A stretch of 64,000 nucleotides of DNA from Synergistales bacterium (GTDB taxonomy: Bacteria; Synergistota; Synergistia; Synergistales; JAFGMB01), in contig OY762654.1 of NCBI GenBank assembly GCA_963666205.1, positions 1,312,001 through 1,376,000 of the forward strand. The letters run 5' to 3'. The translations under genes and the position numbers were made by a program. This document shows positions 38,036-48,103 of the stretch, piece after piece (position 1 is the first letter of the stretch; each line of letters starts with the position of its first letter). The notes below the pieces were generated by a model. It ran no database searches and was not told where the DNA came from. It worked only from the letters and a program-made list of their open reading frames with translations.

Positions 38036-40149
38036 TTCTCATCATCTCTTATGTGTTGCAGCACCACGAGAGACTTTCCTCCCATCATCAGATTTTGGCC
38101 CGCCTCCATTTCTGCGGGGGGATCGATGAAAGAATCTACTGCTGTATCAAGAACTTTACTCCATGACAGCCCCCATTTTTCCTCGGGAAGGGTTAAATTC
38201 ACGGATTCGTTACTGGCATTTACCAGGATCAGGAAAGAATCATCCCGTACAGGCATTCCCCTGGAATCCCGGCTTGGTATGGCTTCACCGTTAAGAAAGA
38301 TAGTCATACTCCTGGTATGTCCAGTATTCCAGTCATCCTCTGTCATTCTCTTGCCGTCAGAGTTGAACCAGCCAATATCTCCAAGCTCATTGCCTTTCTT
38401 GGACCTGCCCTGGAACCATTTTTTCCTCTGGAAAACAAGATGCTCTCTCCTGAAGAAGATCAGATTTTTCGTGAAGGAGATGAGGGCATCATCCACCCTT
38501 TCCCAGTCAAACCACGAAATTTCGTTATCCTGGCAGTAGCAATTATTGTTCCCCTTCTGTGTACGCCCCAGTTCATCTCCGCCAAGGAGCATGGGAATGC
38601 CCTGCGAGAGCATCAGGGTGGCAAGGAAATTCCGTTTCTGCCTTTTCCTCAGGGAAAGAACCTGTCCATCCTCCGTTGGACCTTCCAAACCACAGTTCCA
38701 GGACCTGTTATGGTCCTCACCGTCCCTGTTCTCCTCCCCATTGGCCTCATTGTGTTTTTTATTGTAGGAAACCAGGTCTTCCAGTGTGAAACCATCGTGG
38801 GCAGTTATGAAGTTCACGCTTGCGAAGGGCTTTCTGCAGGAGTTTTCGTATAGATCGGGACTTCCTGTGAATCTGGAGGCAAATTCCCCTATCATCTGTT
38901 CTTCTCCCCTCCAGAAATCCCTCATACAATCCCGGTATTTCCCGTTCCATTCGGACCACAAGGGTGGAAAATTACCCACCTGATAGCCGCCCTCTCCGAT
39001 ATCCCATGGTTCAGCAATAAGTTTCACCTGGCTTATTACTGGATCCTGCTGAATGATATCGAAGAAAGAGGAAAGTTTATCTACATCATAAAGTTCCCTG
39101 GCCAATGTGGAAGCGAGATCGAAACGGAAACCGTCCACATGCATCTCATTGATCCAGTACCGGAGAGAATCCATTATGAGCTGCAGCACATGAGGGTGCC
39201 TGGCGTTGAGGGAATTTCCCGTTCCGGTATAATCCATGTAATAACGCTGATCCTCTTCTGTAAGCCTGTAGTAGGCAACATTGTCAATTCCCTTCATGGA
39301 CAGCATTGGACCCAGGTGATTACCCTCTGCAGTGTGGTTATATACTACATCCAGGATCACTTCGATACCCTCCCGATGCAGGACTCTTACCATCTCCTTG
39401 AATTCCCGGACCTCTCCTCCCCCGGGATCAAGGTTCGAATATTCATCATGAGGAGCCAGGTAACCGATGGAGTTATACCCCCAGTAGTTCCTCAGTCCCT
39501 TTTCCATAAGATAATTGTCATGGATGAATTGATGTATGGGCATAAGTTCGATGGAGGTGATCCCCAGGTCGTGAAAATGCCTTATCGAAACTGGATGCGC
39601 CAGAGCAGAATAAGTTCCCCTTATATTTTCGGGAATTTCCGGATTCCTGATTGAAAATCCCCGCACATGCAGTTCATAAATTATCGTTTCATTAAGAGGC
39701 ACTTTGGGGAAATGGTCATCTCCCCAGTCAAAATATGGATCTATCACTACGCTCCTGGGCATGAAGGGAAGGCTGTCCATATCATTCCTGCTTCCTTCAG
39801 TGTCCCTGAAAAAATAAGGGAATACTGCCTCATTCCACTGTACCCGACCCTCTATGGCCTTCGAATAAGGGTCGAGAAGGAACTTGGATGGATTGCAGAG
39901 ATGTCCATTTGTGGGGTCCCAGGGACCATGGACCCGGAAGCCATATCTCTGACCAGGACCTACGGAAGGTAGATAACCATGCCAGCAAAGAGCAGTATAT
40001 TCAGGAAGGTCTACGCAGGTCTGATGTCCTTCATCATTGATGAGACACAATTCCACTTTATCGGCAATCTCGGAGAAAAGAGAAAAATTGGTACCTGTTC
40101 CATCAAAAGTCGCACCCAGGGGAAAAGGTTTTCCTGGCCATATTTCCAT
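38032..40149 (-). CDS. glgX: Glycogen debranching enzyme (GlgX/TreX)
   Basis: PLGAT, NYWGY, VYNHTAEG, DGFRFDLAS, AEPWD, HDGFTL, NN.YCQDNEISW. Confidence 0.95.
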   Translation of the reverse strand: MEIWPGKPFPLGATFDGTGTNFSLFSEIADKVELCLINDEGHQTCVDLPEYTALCWHGYLPSVGPGQRYGFRVHGPWDPTNGHLCNPSKFLLDPYSKAIEGRVQWNEAVFPYFFRDTEGSRNDMDSLPFMPRSVVIDPYFDWGDDHFPKVPLNETIIYELHVRGFSIRNPEIPENIRGTYSALAHPVSIRHFHDLGITSIELMPIHQFIHDNYLMEKGLRNYWGYNSIGYLAPHDEYSNLDPGGGEVREFKEMVRVLHREGIEVILDVVYNHTAEGNHLGPMLSMKGIDNVAYYRLTEEDQRYYMDYTGTGNSLNARHPHVLQLIMDSLRYWINEMHVDGFRFDLASTLARELYDVDKLSSFFDIIQQDPVISQVKLIAEPWDIGEGGYQVGNFPPLWSEWNGKYRDCMRDFWRGEEQMIGEFASRFTGSPDLYENSCRKPFASVNFITAHDGFTLEDLVSYNKKHNEANGEENRDGEDHNRSWNCGLEGPTEDGQVLSLRKRQKRNFLATLMLSQGIPMLLGGDELGRTQKGNNNCYCQDNEISWFDWERVDDALISFTKNLIFFRREHLVFQRKKWFQGRSKKGNELGDIGWFNSDGKRMTEDDWNTGHTRSMTIFLNGEAIPSRDSRGMPVRDDSFLILVNASNESVNLTLPEEKWGLSWSKVLDTAVDSFIDPPAEMEAGQNLMMGGKSLVVLQHIRDDEK

Positions 40150-40272
40150 TCCTTACACCTCCAGACAAGAACAGGGTATCAATGCTGTATTGGGATTCCA
40201 GGCATATCCGCCTTCATCCAAACTATCCCGAGACCTGACTTCCATGGAAAAACAGAATCCAGGCACTTTACA

Positions 40273-42204
40273 TCAGGAACTATTTCTCCTGAAGAAGGTT
40301 ATGGAAAGAGGAGGAAGAGTCAGGGAAAGGGAATGACTTTTTCCGTGAAAGGGAACGGGTGAGGCTTCTCTACCTCCCATATTTCCCTGGCCACTCCCTC
40401 CGTAAACAGTCGAATCGCTGTTGAGTATCTCCTCCCACCATCCGCCGGAAGGTACACCAACCCTGTAATTATGCCTGGGAACCGGGGTAAAGTTACATAG
40501 GACCAGGATCGTCGGATCTGAGAGTCTTCCTTTGCGCAGAAAAGCCAGAACACTGTTCTCTACATCATCACAGCTGACCCATTCAAATCCTGAGGGATCA
40601 AAGTCCTTGCTGTAGAGAGCCGGGGTATTCCTGTAAAGACCGTTGATTTCCTTAACCCATCGTTTTATACCCTGGTGAGAAGGGTATTCCAGAAGATCCC
40701 AGTCCAGGCTCTGTTCGTGATCCCACTCTCTTCTCTGCCCCAGCTCGCCCCCCATGAAAAGGAGTTTCTTTCCGGGATAGGCCGTCATATATCCCAGGAA
40801 AAGGCGGAGGTTGGCAAATTTCTGCCAGTCGTCTCCCGGCATTTTCTCAAGGAGGGATCTCTTCCCATAAACGACCTCGTCGTGAGAAAAGGGGAGAAGG
40901 AAATTCTCGGAATAGGAATATATCATTCCGAAGGTAAGACGGTTATGATGGAATTTACGATGGACAGGATCTTTTGAGGCATAGTCAAGAACATCGTGCA
41001 TCCATCCCATATTCCACTTCATTCCGAAACCAAGCCCCCCTACGTGAACGGGCCGGGTGACCATGGGCCAGGATGTAGACTCTTCTGCAATAATCTGTAC
41101 ATCCGGGAATTCCCTGTAGATGGTCTCATTCAGTTTTTTCAGTAACGAAATGGCCTCGAGGTTTTCTCTACCCCCGAAGCGGTTCGGTATCCATTCCCCC
41201 TCATTCCTGGCATAATCCCGGTAAAGCATGGAAGCAACTCCATCGACCCTCAATCCATCAACATGAAACTTTTCCAGCCAGAAAACAGCACTGCTCAGAA
41301 GAAAAGCCCTTACCTCGTTACGGCCGTAGTTGAATATGCAGCTCCTCCATTCGGGATGAAAACCCTCTTTCGGGTCCTGATGTTCGTAGAGATGGGTCCC
41401 GTCGAAAAAAACCAGGCCATACTCATCGTTCGGGAAATGCGAGGGCACCCAGTCCAGGATCACCCCGATCCCCTCCTGATGAAGATGATCGACCAGAAAC
41501 ATCATATCCTGGGGAGTTCCGTATCGGCTTGACGGAGAAAAGTAACCCAGAGTCTGGTAACCCCATGAACCGTAAAAGGGATGCTCCATAACGGGAAGGA
41601 ACTCCACGTGAGTAAAATTCATCTCCTTAACGTACTCCGCCAGAAGGGGAGCCATCTCCCTGTAGGACAGGGGCCTTCCGCCCTCTTCCAGTACCCGTCT
41701 CCATGAACCTATATGCACCTCATAAATTGAAAGGGGCGAATCCATTGAGTTGGAAGCTCCTCTGCGGGACATCCATTCCCTGTCATGCCACTCATAGACA
41801 AGATCATGGATCACTGAAGCGGTCTTCGGAGCTGTTTCCCAGGCAAAGGCGAAAGGATCACCCTTGTCTACCCTGTACCGCTCCTGCCGTGAAACGATGT
41901 GGTACTTATACCTTTCTCCATCCGGAAGCCCCGGGATAAGGCCCTCCCATATGCCCGAGAGATCCTGCCTTGCCCTTAACGGGTAAATATCGGGTATCCA
42001 CGCGTTGAAATCCCCAACCACGGAGACTCTTTCCGCATTTGGTGCCCACACTGCAAAATAGACCCCTCCGGGATCACTCTCTTTCAGTATATGGGCCCCA
42101 AGCTTTTCAAAAAGGTGAGTATGGTTGCCCTCCCTGAAGAGGTAAATGTCCTCATCAGAAAAGAGGGTAAAATCGTAAAGGACCTGTTCCTTTTCTTTAT
42201 TCAT
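40273..42204 (-). CDS. glgB: 1,4-alpha-glucan branching enzyme
   Basis: FAVWAPNA, SWGYQ, DWVPSHFP, RVDGVASM, AEEST, SHDEVV. Confidence 0.95.
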   Translation of the reverse strand: MNKEKEQVLYDFTLFSDEDIYLFREGNHTHLFEKLGAHILKESDPGGVYFAVWAPNAERVSVVGDFNAWIPDIYPLRARQDLSGIWEGLIPGLPDGERYKYHIVSRQERYRVDKGDPFAFAWETAPKTASVIHDLVYEWHDREWMSRRGASNSMDSPLSIYEVHIGSWRRVLEEGGRPLSYREMAPLLAEYVKEMNFTHVEFLPVMEHPFYGSWGYQTLGYFSPSSRYGTPQDMMFLVDHLHQEGIGVILDWVPSHFPNDEYGLVFFDGTHLYEHQDPKEGFHPEWRSCIFNYGRNEVRAFLLSSAVFWLEKFHVDGLRVDGVASMLYRDYARNEGEWIPNRFGGRENLEAISLLKKLNETIYREFPDVQIIAEESTSWPMVTRPVHVGGLGFGMKWNMGWMHDVLDYASKDPVHRKFHHNRLTFGMIYSYSENFLLPFSHDEVVYGKRSLLEKMPGDDWQKFANLRLFLGYMTAYPGKKLLFMGGELGQRREWDHEQSLDWDLLEYPSHQGIKRWVKEINGLYRNTPALYSKDFDPSGFEWVSCDDVENSVLAFLRKGRLSDPTILVLCNFTPVPRHNYRVGVPSGGWWEEILNSDSTVYGGSGQGNMGGREASPVPFHGKSHSLSLTLPPLSITFFRRNSS

Positions 42205-42234
42205 AAGAATTCCTCCTGTGCCTCTTTTCTCTCA

Positions 42235-45200
42235 TCAGACACCTCTCTCCAGGATATTGCGTATCCCTTTAAGGGGTGTGAGAATCCATTCTGGACGGTT
42301 ATCCATTTCGTATCTGATCTCATAAAGAGCCTTCTCGAGCAGAAAGGCTTCCAGAAGTTTCTCTATTCTGCTCCTGTCAGAAGGTATGAATTCAGCGTTG
42401 CCTGCTCTTTCAAGATAGGCATGGAGAAAGACTGAGCTCAATGCCCTGTAGAGAGGGTCAAGGAGAGGCTCCAGGATGGGAGCAAGTTCAGGACGGAGAA
42501 CGATCCTTTTTCTACAGGACGTGGAAACCGCATAATCGAAGGAGCGGATCATACCCGCCACATCCCTGAAGGGAGACCGTTTCAGTCTCCTTTCGCTAAA
42601 GGGTCTTGCGGGCTCTCCTTCAAAATCGATGATCATGAAATCCTTACCTGTGAAAAGAACCTGTCCAAGATGGAAGTCTCCATGTATCCTGATCTTGCAG
42701 GAATCGATAACTCCTTCGGTCAATCTTCGGATACGGCGCAGTATTTCGGCCTCTGCCTTCACGGTTTCGGCGGCTTCTTCCCTGACATATTCCGGCAGCC
42801 CATCTAGATTTCTTCGCAGTGCAAGAAGAGTTCTCCTGACCTGCTCTCTGATACTCTGGTAAACCGAACGCTGATAGAGGGCGGAGAAGCGCTCGGGAAC
42901 AAAGTCCGGATCGGACCGGCCAGAGGCCAGGGCGATATGGAGTTCTGCTGTTCTCCTACCGAGGAGCTGGATCATTTCAAGAAAGAACTCACCAATGGTC
43001 TCTGTCAGAAGGGGCTGCTGATCATGGAGATCAGTATCCAGAAGCTGGGGTGCCCAATGTGCAAGATCTCTGAACTCTTCAGGCCTGGCAAGGATGCTTT
43101 CAAAACAGGTATCAAGGGTACCGAGAGTATAACCCCAGGCATCCCCCTGATTGGGGACATAATCCTGAAGAAGACCCACCGTCAGGGGGAGTCCCTCTCC
43201 AGTTCTGTATTCAAGGATTCCCCTGAATGCGGGTACATTCAGGAAAGCGGCCTTTTTCGAAAGAAAACCTGCCAGTTCCTTTTCCGGATTGAGGCCTTCT
43301 TCAAGTTTACGAAAAAGTTTCAGAACAAGCTTTTTCCCATAGCGGATCGAAGTGTTGCTCTGCTCAAGTTTCATGAGTTGAGAACGCACGGATGGACCGG
43401 AGACCATCCCTTTAAGCCCTGTTCCCCTTCCTGAAAAAGCTCTTCCCTCTTCACCTTTCAGCATCCTGCTATGGATCAGAAGATGAAGCAGTTTTTCCCT
43501 GAAATTCTCATCATGAACCCCATCGTACAGAACACCCTCGCCGGACATCAGAACCACTTTCGAAATGACGGCATCGGGGTGATCTTCCCTGAGTCGGAAT
43601 GCCCCGTCACCTGTCGCGAGAGAAAGGGGGAGCAGGTAGGTTTCTGAAGAACCCTCCGTGAACTGGACCCTGGTAAATGTAAGGAAGGAAATATGTGAAT
43701 CCAGTTTGAGAGTAAAATGATCAGTCAGGGATACCCTGCTGATGGATCGTGATTTGGAACCGAACCACCGGCACTTCTGCAGAAAGGCGGGCAGAATGTT
43801 TTCTTCCAGGGTCTTCCTTGGTATCCCGGAAAGAAGATCCTCCCATTTCGGACACTTCATTTCGGGGACCTCTCTTGTTCCCGAAACCTCGATGGAATCT
43901 TTTTCAGGTGCAAGAAGAAACCAGAAATAATCGTGAGGTCCAATGGTCAGAAGGTAGGGACGCTCCTTTATTTTGGGAAAACTGTTTCCGCTGACGATCT
44001 CTTCAGGCATCAGACCCGCATATTGAAATAGATCAAGTTCCACAACCTGGGAAAAACCGGACAGGTTGGCCACAACGAGTACGATCTCATCTTCCCAGTG
44101 ACGGATGAATGCAAGTATCTTCGGGTTTTCCGGAGCAAGGATCTCGGTCTGCCCCCTGCCAAAGGCTTTGAAACGCTTTCTTGTGGCAAGAATTCTTTTT
44201 GTCCACCAGAGGAGTGAGGACTGGCTGCTTTCCTGGTTCTCCACGTTGACCACCTCAAAATGATATTGGGGATCGATTATTGGAGGAAGGAACAGTTTCT
44301 GGGGATTGGCCCTTGAAAAACCAGCGTTCCTGTCGGCCGACCACTGCATGGGAGTCCTGACCCCATTCCTGTCACCAAGGAAGTAATTGTCTCCCATGCC
44401 TATCTCATCGCCATAATAGATAACGGGAGTCCCGGGAAGGGAAAGAAGAATAACATTGATAAGCTCTATTTTCCGCCTGTTATTTCCCATCAATGGCGCA
44501 AGCCTTCGCCGGATGCCAAGGTTTATCCGGGCCTGCCTCTCCCTTGCAAACACTCTGTACATATAGTCTCTTTCTTCGTCAGTGACCATCTCCAGGGTCA
44601 ACTCATCATGGTTTCGGAGGAACATGGCCCACTGACATATATCAGGGATATGGGGGGTCTGATCCAGAATGTCCACCAGGGGAAACCTGTCCTCCATCTG
44701 AATGGACATGAATATCCGCGGCATTATGGGAAAATGGAAGGCCATATGGCACTCTTCTCCCTGGCCGAAATATGCCACAGCATCTTCAGGCCACTGGTTG
44801 GCTTCCGCAAGAAGCATTGTGCCCGGGAAATGAGTGTCCACATGGGATCTCAGGCTTTTAAGGAAGTCGTGGGTCTCCGAAAGATTTTCGCAGTTCGTCC
44901 CTTCCCGTTCGAAAAGGTAGGGAACAGCATCAAGCCTGAGACCATCCACACCCATATCCAGCCAGAAGTCAAGAACCTTCACCATTGCCTTCCTTACCTG
45001 GGGATTTTCGAAGTTCAGATCAGGCTGGTGGGAATAGAAACGGTGCCAGAAATAACTGCCTGCGACAGGATCCCAGCTCCAGTTGGAAGTCTCAAAATCC
45101 TGAAAGATGATGCGCGCATCTTTGTATCTCTCGGCAGTACCGCTCCAGACATAGTAATTGCGCCATGCCGAACCCGGTCTCGCTCTCCGGGCCTTCTGGA

Positions 45201-45558
45201 ACCAGGGATGCTGGTCCGATGTATGGTTGAGGATCAGCTCCGTTATAACCCTCATTCCTCTGGAATGGACCTCTTTGAGTAAACGCCTGAAATCCTTGAG
45301 ATTCCCGTAATCCGGGTTGACACCCATGTATCCCGAGATGTCATAACCGTCATCCTTCAGAGGGGAGGGATAAAATGGAAGAAGCCAGATAGCTGTCACT
45401 CCCAGGTTTTTAAGGTAGTCGAGTTTTTCCAGCAACCCCCTCAGATCACCGATCCCGTCGCCATTATAGTCAAAGAAAGACTTCACGTGGAGCTGATAAA
45501 CGATCGCATCCTTGAACCAGAGAATATCCTTATCTCCCTCTTCTGACAGAATAGACAT
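42235..45558 (-). CDS. treS: Trehalose synthase fused to maltokinase (TreS-Pep2/Mak)
   Basis: RLDAVPYL, AEANQW, LRNHDELTLE; C-terminal EQSNTS, IHGDFHLGQVL, DFEGEP; start ATG 45558 behind GGAGG. Confidence 0.95.
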   Translation of the reverse strand: MSILSEEGDKDILWFKDAIVYQLHVKSFFDYNGDGIGDLRGLLEKLDYLKNLGVTAIWLLPFYPSPLKDDGYDISGYMGVNPDYGNLKDFRRLLKEVHSRGMRVITELILNHTSDQHPWFQKARRARPGSAWRNYYVWSGTAERYKDARIIFQDFETSNWSWDPVAGSYFWHRFYSHQPDLNFENPQVRKAMVKVLDFWLDMGVDGLRLDAVPYLFEREGTNCENLSETHDFLKSLRSHVDTHFPGTMLLAEANQWPEDAVAYFGQGEECHMAFHFPIMPRIFMSIQMEDRFPLVDILDQTPHIPDICQWAMFLRNHDELTLEMVTDEERDYMYRVFARERQARINLGIRRRLAPLMGNNRRKIELINVILLSLPGTPVIYYGDEIGMGDNYFLGDRNGVRTPMQWSADRNAGFSRANPQKLFLPPIIDPQYHFEVVNVENQESSQSSLLWWTKRILATRKRFKAFGRGQTEILAPENPKILAFIRHWEDEIVLVVANLSGFSQVVELDLFQYAGLMPEEIVSGNSFPKIKERPYLLTIGPHDYFWFLLAPEKDSIEVSGTREVPEMKCPKWEDLLSGIPRKTLEENILPAFLQKCRWFGSKSRSISRVSLTDHFTLKLDSHISFLTFTRVQFTEGSSETYLLPLSLATGDGAFRLREDHPDAVISKVVLMSGEGVLYDGVHDENFREKLLHLLIHSRMLKGEEGRAFSGRGTGLKGMVSGPSVRSQLMKLEQSNTSIRYGKKLVLKLFRKLEEGLNPEKELAGFLSKKAAFLNVPAFRGILEYRTGEGLPLTVGLLQDYVPNQGDAWGYTLGTLDTCFESILARPEEFRDLAHWAPQLLDTDLHDQQPLLTETIGEFFLEMIQLLGRRTAELHIALASGRSDPDFVPERFSALYQRSVYQSIREQVRRTLLALRRNLDGLPEYVREEAAETVKAEAEILRRIRRLTEGVIDSCKIRIHGDFHLGQVLFTGKDFMIIDFEGEPARPFSERRLKRSPFRDVAGMIRSFDYAVSTSCRKRIVLRPELAPILEPLLDPLYRALSSVFLHAYLERAGNAEFIPSDRSRIEKLLEAFLLEKALYEIRYEMDNRPEWILTPLKGIRNILERGV

Positions 45559-45572
45559 GCTTTCTCCTCCTC

Positions 45573-47552
45573 TCACATGAAGTAGTCGAAATCTGATTCC
45601 CTTCTAAGTGTCCGATTTACAATAAAGATTCCTGCCGGCAGAATGCCGGGATCCAGATTCACCCCATTGAACTCTCCCTGCCAGAGATGCCTTTCATCGC
45701 CGATGAGTTCATGAAGCATATAGGAATCCTCCGGACTTATGCCAAGATCCCCTAGAGGGACCTTTACCGTACCCGACTGCCTGTGAAAGGGATCCAGGTT
45801 GACAGCCACCATGACAACATTTGAGAGATCTTTCGTCCTTTTTTCGAAAAAAAGGATCTGATCGTTATCCACTTCATAGAATTTAAGGTTGAAGGTTTCC
45901 CAGAGTGCAGGATTTTCATTTCTTATGCGGTTCACCCTTGCTATAAGATCCCTGAGACTCAAGGGACTGTTCAGATCCCACCTTTTTATCTCGTATTTTT
46001 CGGAATCCGCATACTCCTCCCTGTCTTCCAGAGCCTCGGAAACGCAGAGGTCAAAAGCGGGTCCATAGATACCGTAATTGGATGAAAGGGTGGCCGCAAG
46101 GACAAGCCGTGAGACAAAAGCTGCCCTGCCTCCGAACTGGAGGAACTGGGGGAGGATATCAGGCGTGTTGGGCCAGAAATTGGGCCGGAAATACTCCCTG
46201 AGCTCTCCTCTGGTAAGATCTTCCAGGTAAGTCTGTAACTCTGATTTTGTATTCCGCCATGTGAAATAGGTGTAGGATTGACTGAAGCCCGCCTTCGCCA
46301 GCCGGGACATGACCCTGGGACGGGTAAAGGCCTCCGAGAGAAAGATCACATCGGGATGATCCTTTCTGACCGAATTAAATAGCCATTCCCAGAAAGCAAA
46401 GGGTTTCGTATGGGGATTGTCCACCCTGAAGATCCGAACTCCCATATCTATCCAGTGGAACAGGATACTTCCCAGTTCCTTCCACAGGGCCTGCCAATCC
46501 TGACATTCAAAATCGAAAGGAACAATATCCTCGTATTTTTTAGGAGGGTTTTCAGCATACTGGATGACCCCATCCGGACGCCAGCGAAACCATTCCGGAT
46601 GCTCTTTCACATAGGGGTGATCGGGAGAGCATTGAAAAGCCAGATCCAGGGCTATTTCCATGCCCCATTCCTTTGAGCAGCGGATCAGTGACAGAAAATC
46701 CTCTTCTTTCCCCAGTTGATGGTGTATCGATTTATGCCCGCCTTCTGCTGATCCGATGGCCCAGGGACTGCCCGGAGAATCCGTCCCTGCAGTTATGGAG
46801 TTGTTCCTCCCCTTGCGATTTGTTCTCCCGATGGGATGGATGGGCGAAAGGTAGAGGACATCGAAACCCATTCCTGAAATTTCAGGGATCTGCTTTTCCA
46901 GGTCACGAAAAGTCCCGTGCTCTTCTCCTTTTCCCCAGGATCGGGGGAAAACTTCGTACCAGGTGCTGAAGCCGGCCTTTCCCCTGTCCACCCAGAGGGG
47001 CAGTTCTTTTTCATAAAATGAAATACGGTCCTCCTCCACATAACGGCTCATGAGGTTTCCAAGTTCAGGACTCAAAGCGATTCGGGCCGCCCGAAACCCA
47101 TCCTCCTGGCCTTCAATGCTACGGCACCACCCGTCGAAGATCTCGAGAGCATCCTCATCTGCCCTTGACCTGGCTTCCCTGATCATTTCCATGCCTATAA
47201 GGAGTTCCTGTTCTATTTCCTGGCCTGCATCTATCCTTTTTTTCAGATCACCCTGCCATGTCAGAAAGTGGTCGACCCATCCGCAGACCGTGTAAAACCA
47301 TGTTCCCATTTCGTCAGCCCGAAAGCTGCCAGTCCATCGGTCATTTTCGAGAGGGTCCATAAAAATCCTGTTCCAGGAATCATCCTCTGCCTTTCTGTAC
47401 ATAAGACAGGCCACTACCTGGTCGTGACCGTCGGCGAAGATATGGGCCTCAACTTCGATCTTCTCTCCTGCGATCCTTTTCACAGGAAACCTTCCGCAGT
47501 CGACCTCGGGACTCACGGCCTCGATAGATACACGTTTTCTACCTTTGATCAT
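45573..47552 (-). CDS. glgE: Alpha-1,4-glucan:maltose-1-phosphate maltosyltransferase
   Basis: WYEVFPRS, PIHPIG...RKG.NN, QCSPDHP, AENPPKKY, RVDNPHTKP, NTPDIL, SEKYEI. Confidence 0.95.
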   Translation of the reverse strand: MIKGRKRVSIEAVSPEVDCGRFPVKRIAGEKIEVEAHIFADGHDQVVACLMYRKAEDDSWNRIFMDPLENDRWTGSFRADEMGTWFYTVCGWVDHFLTWQGDLKKRIDAGQEIEQELLIGMEMIREARSRADEDALEIFDGWCRSIEGQEDGFRAARIALSPELGNLMSRYVEEDRISFYEKELPLWVDRGKAGFSTWYEVFPRSWGKGEEHGTFRDLEKQIPEISGMGFDVLYLSPIHPIGRTNRKGRNNSITAGTDSPGSPWAIGSAEGGHKSIHHQLGKEEDFLSLIRCSKEWGMEIALDLAFQCSPDHPYVKEHPEWFRWRPDGVIQYAENPPKKYEDIVPFDFECQDWQALWKELGSILFHWIDMGVRIFRVDNPHTKPFAFWEWLFNSVRKDHPDVIFLSEAFTRPRVMSRLAKAGFSQSYTYFTWRNTKSELQTYLEDLTRGELREYFRPNFWPNTPDILPQFLQFGGRAAFVSRLVLAATLSSNYGIYGPAFDLCVSEALEDREEYADSEKYEIKRWDLNSPLSLRDLIARVNRIRNENPALWETFNLKFYEVDNDQILFFEKRTKDLSNVVMVAVNLDPFHRQSGTVKVPLGDLGISPEDSYMLHELIGDERHLWQGEFNGVNLDPGILPAGIFIVNRTLRRESDFDYFM

Positions 47553-48103
47553 GCTTAGATCACTCCCTCTAAATCGGGAAAATACCGGGGGGAAATTATG
47601 GGCTTTAATAGAATTGATCTTAATTACAGGAAAAGGGAAAAGGATGGTTTACGATGAGAAGAAAAAATAAAAAAACAGATTTATCTAGAGCTCACTGGCC
47701 CCCATGTTTAACCAATTACTCACAATTATACCCCAACGGCTTTACAACTTCCAAGTACAGCAATAAAATATCATTGATTCATAATGATAATACAAGTAGA
47801 CTTCGTAAAGATTTACCCTATGCAGGATATGAACAATAAATTCCAGTTACTCTGCCATTGTCTGAATATACTATGTTCATCAAGGTTCTGCTTGTCAGGG
47901 AAATCAATATCCATTAAGATTAACTCGCAGTTATGCAGGAATGTTTACACTTGACTTCATACTTCTCTGGCAGCTGTTTTTCCATTCTTCTCTTCACAAA
48001 TACACCAGACTACCCATACTCTTATTTTCATTCCAGGCAGGTTCCTGTTATCAACAAAAGCATCATTTCTGTTGTCCATATTTGAAAGGAGAGTGACAGC
48101 AAG

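Noticed and set aside
47553-48103. Riboswitch or sRNA in the long divergent intergenic region
   Set aside because: No consensus of a known riboswitch class or stable multi-stem structure seen by eye
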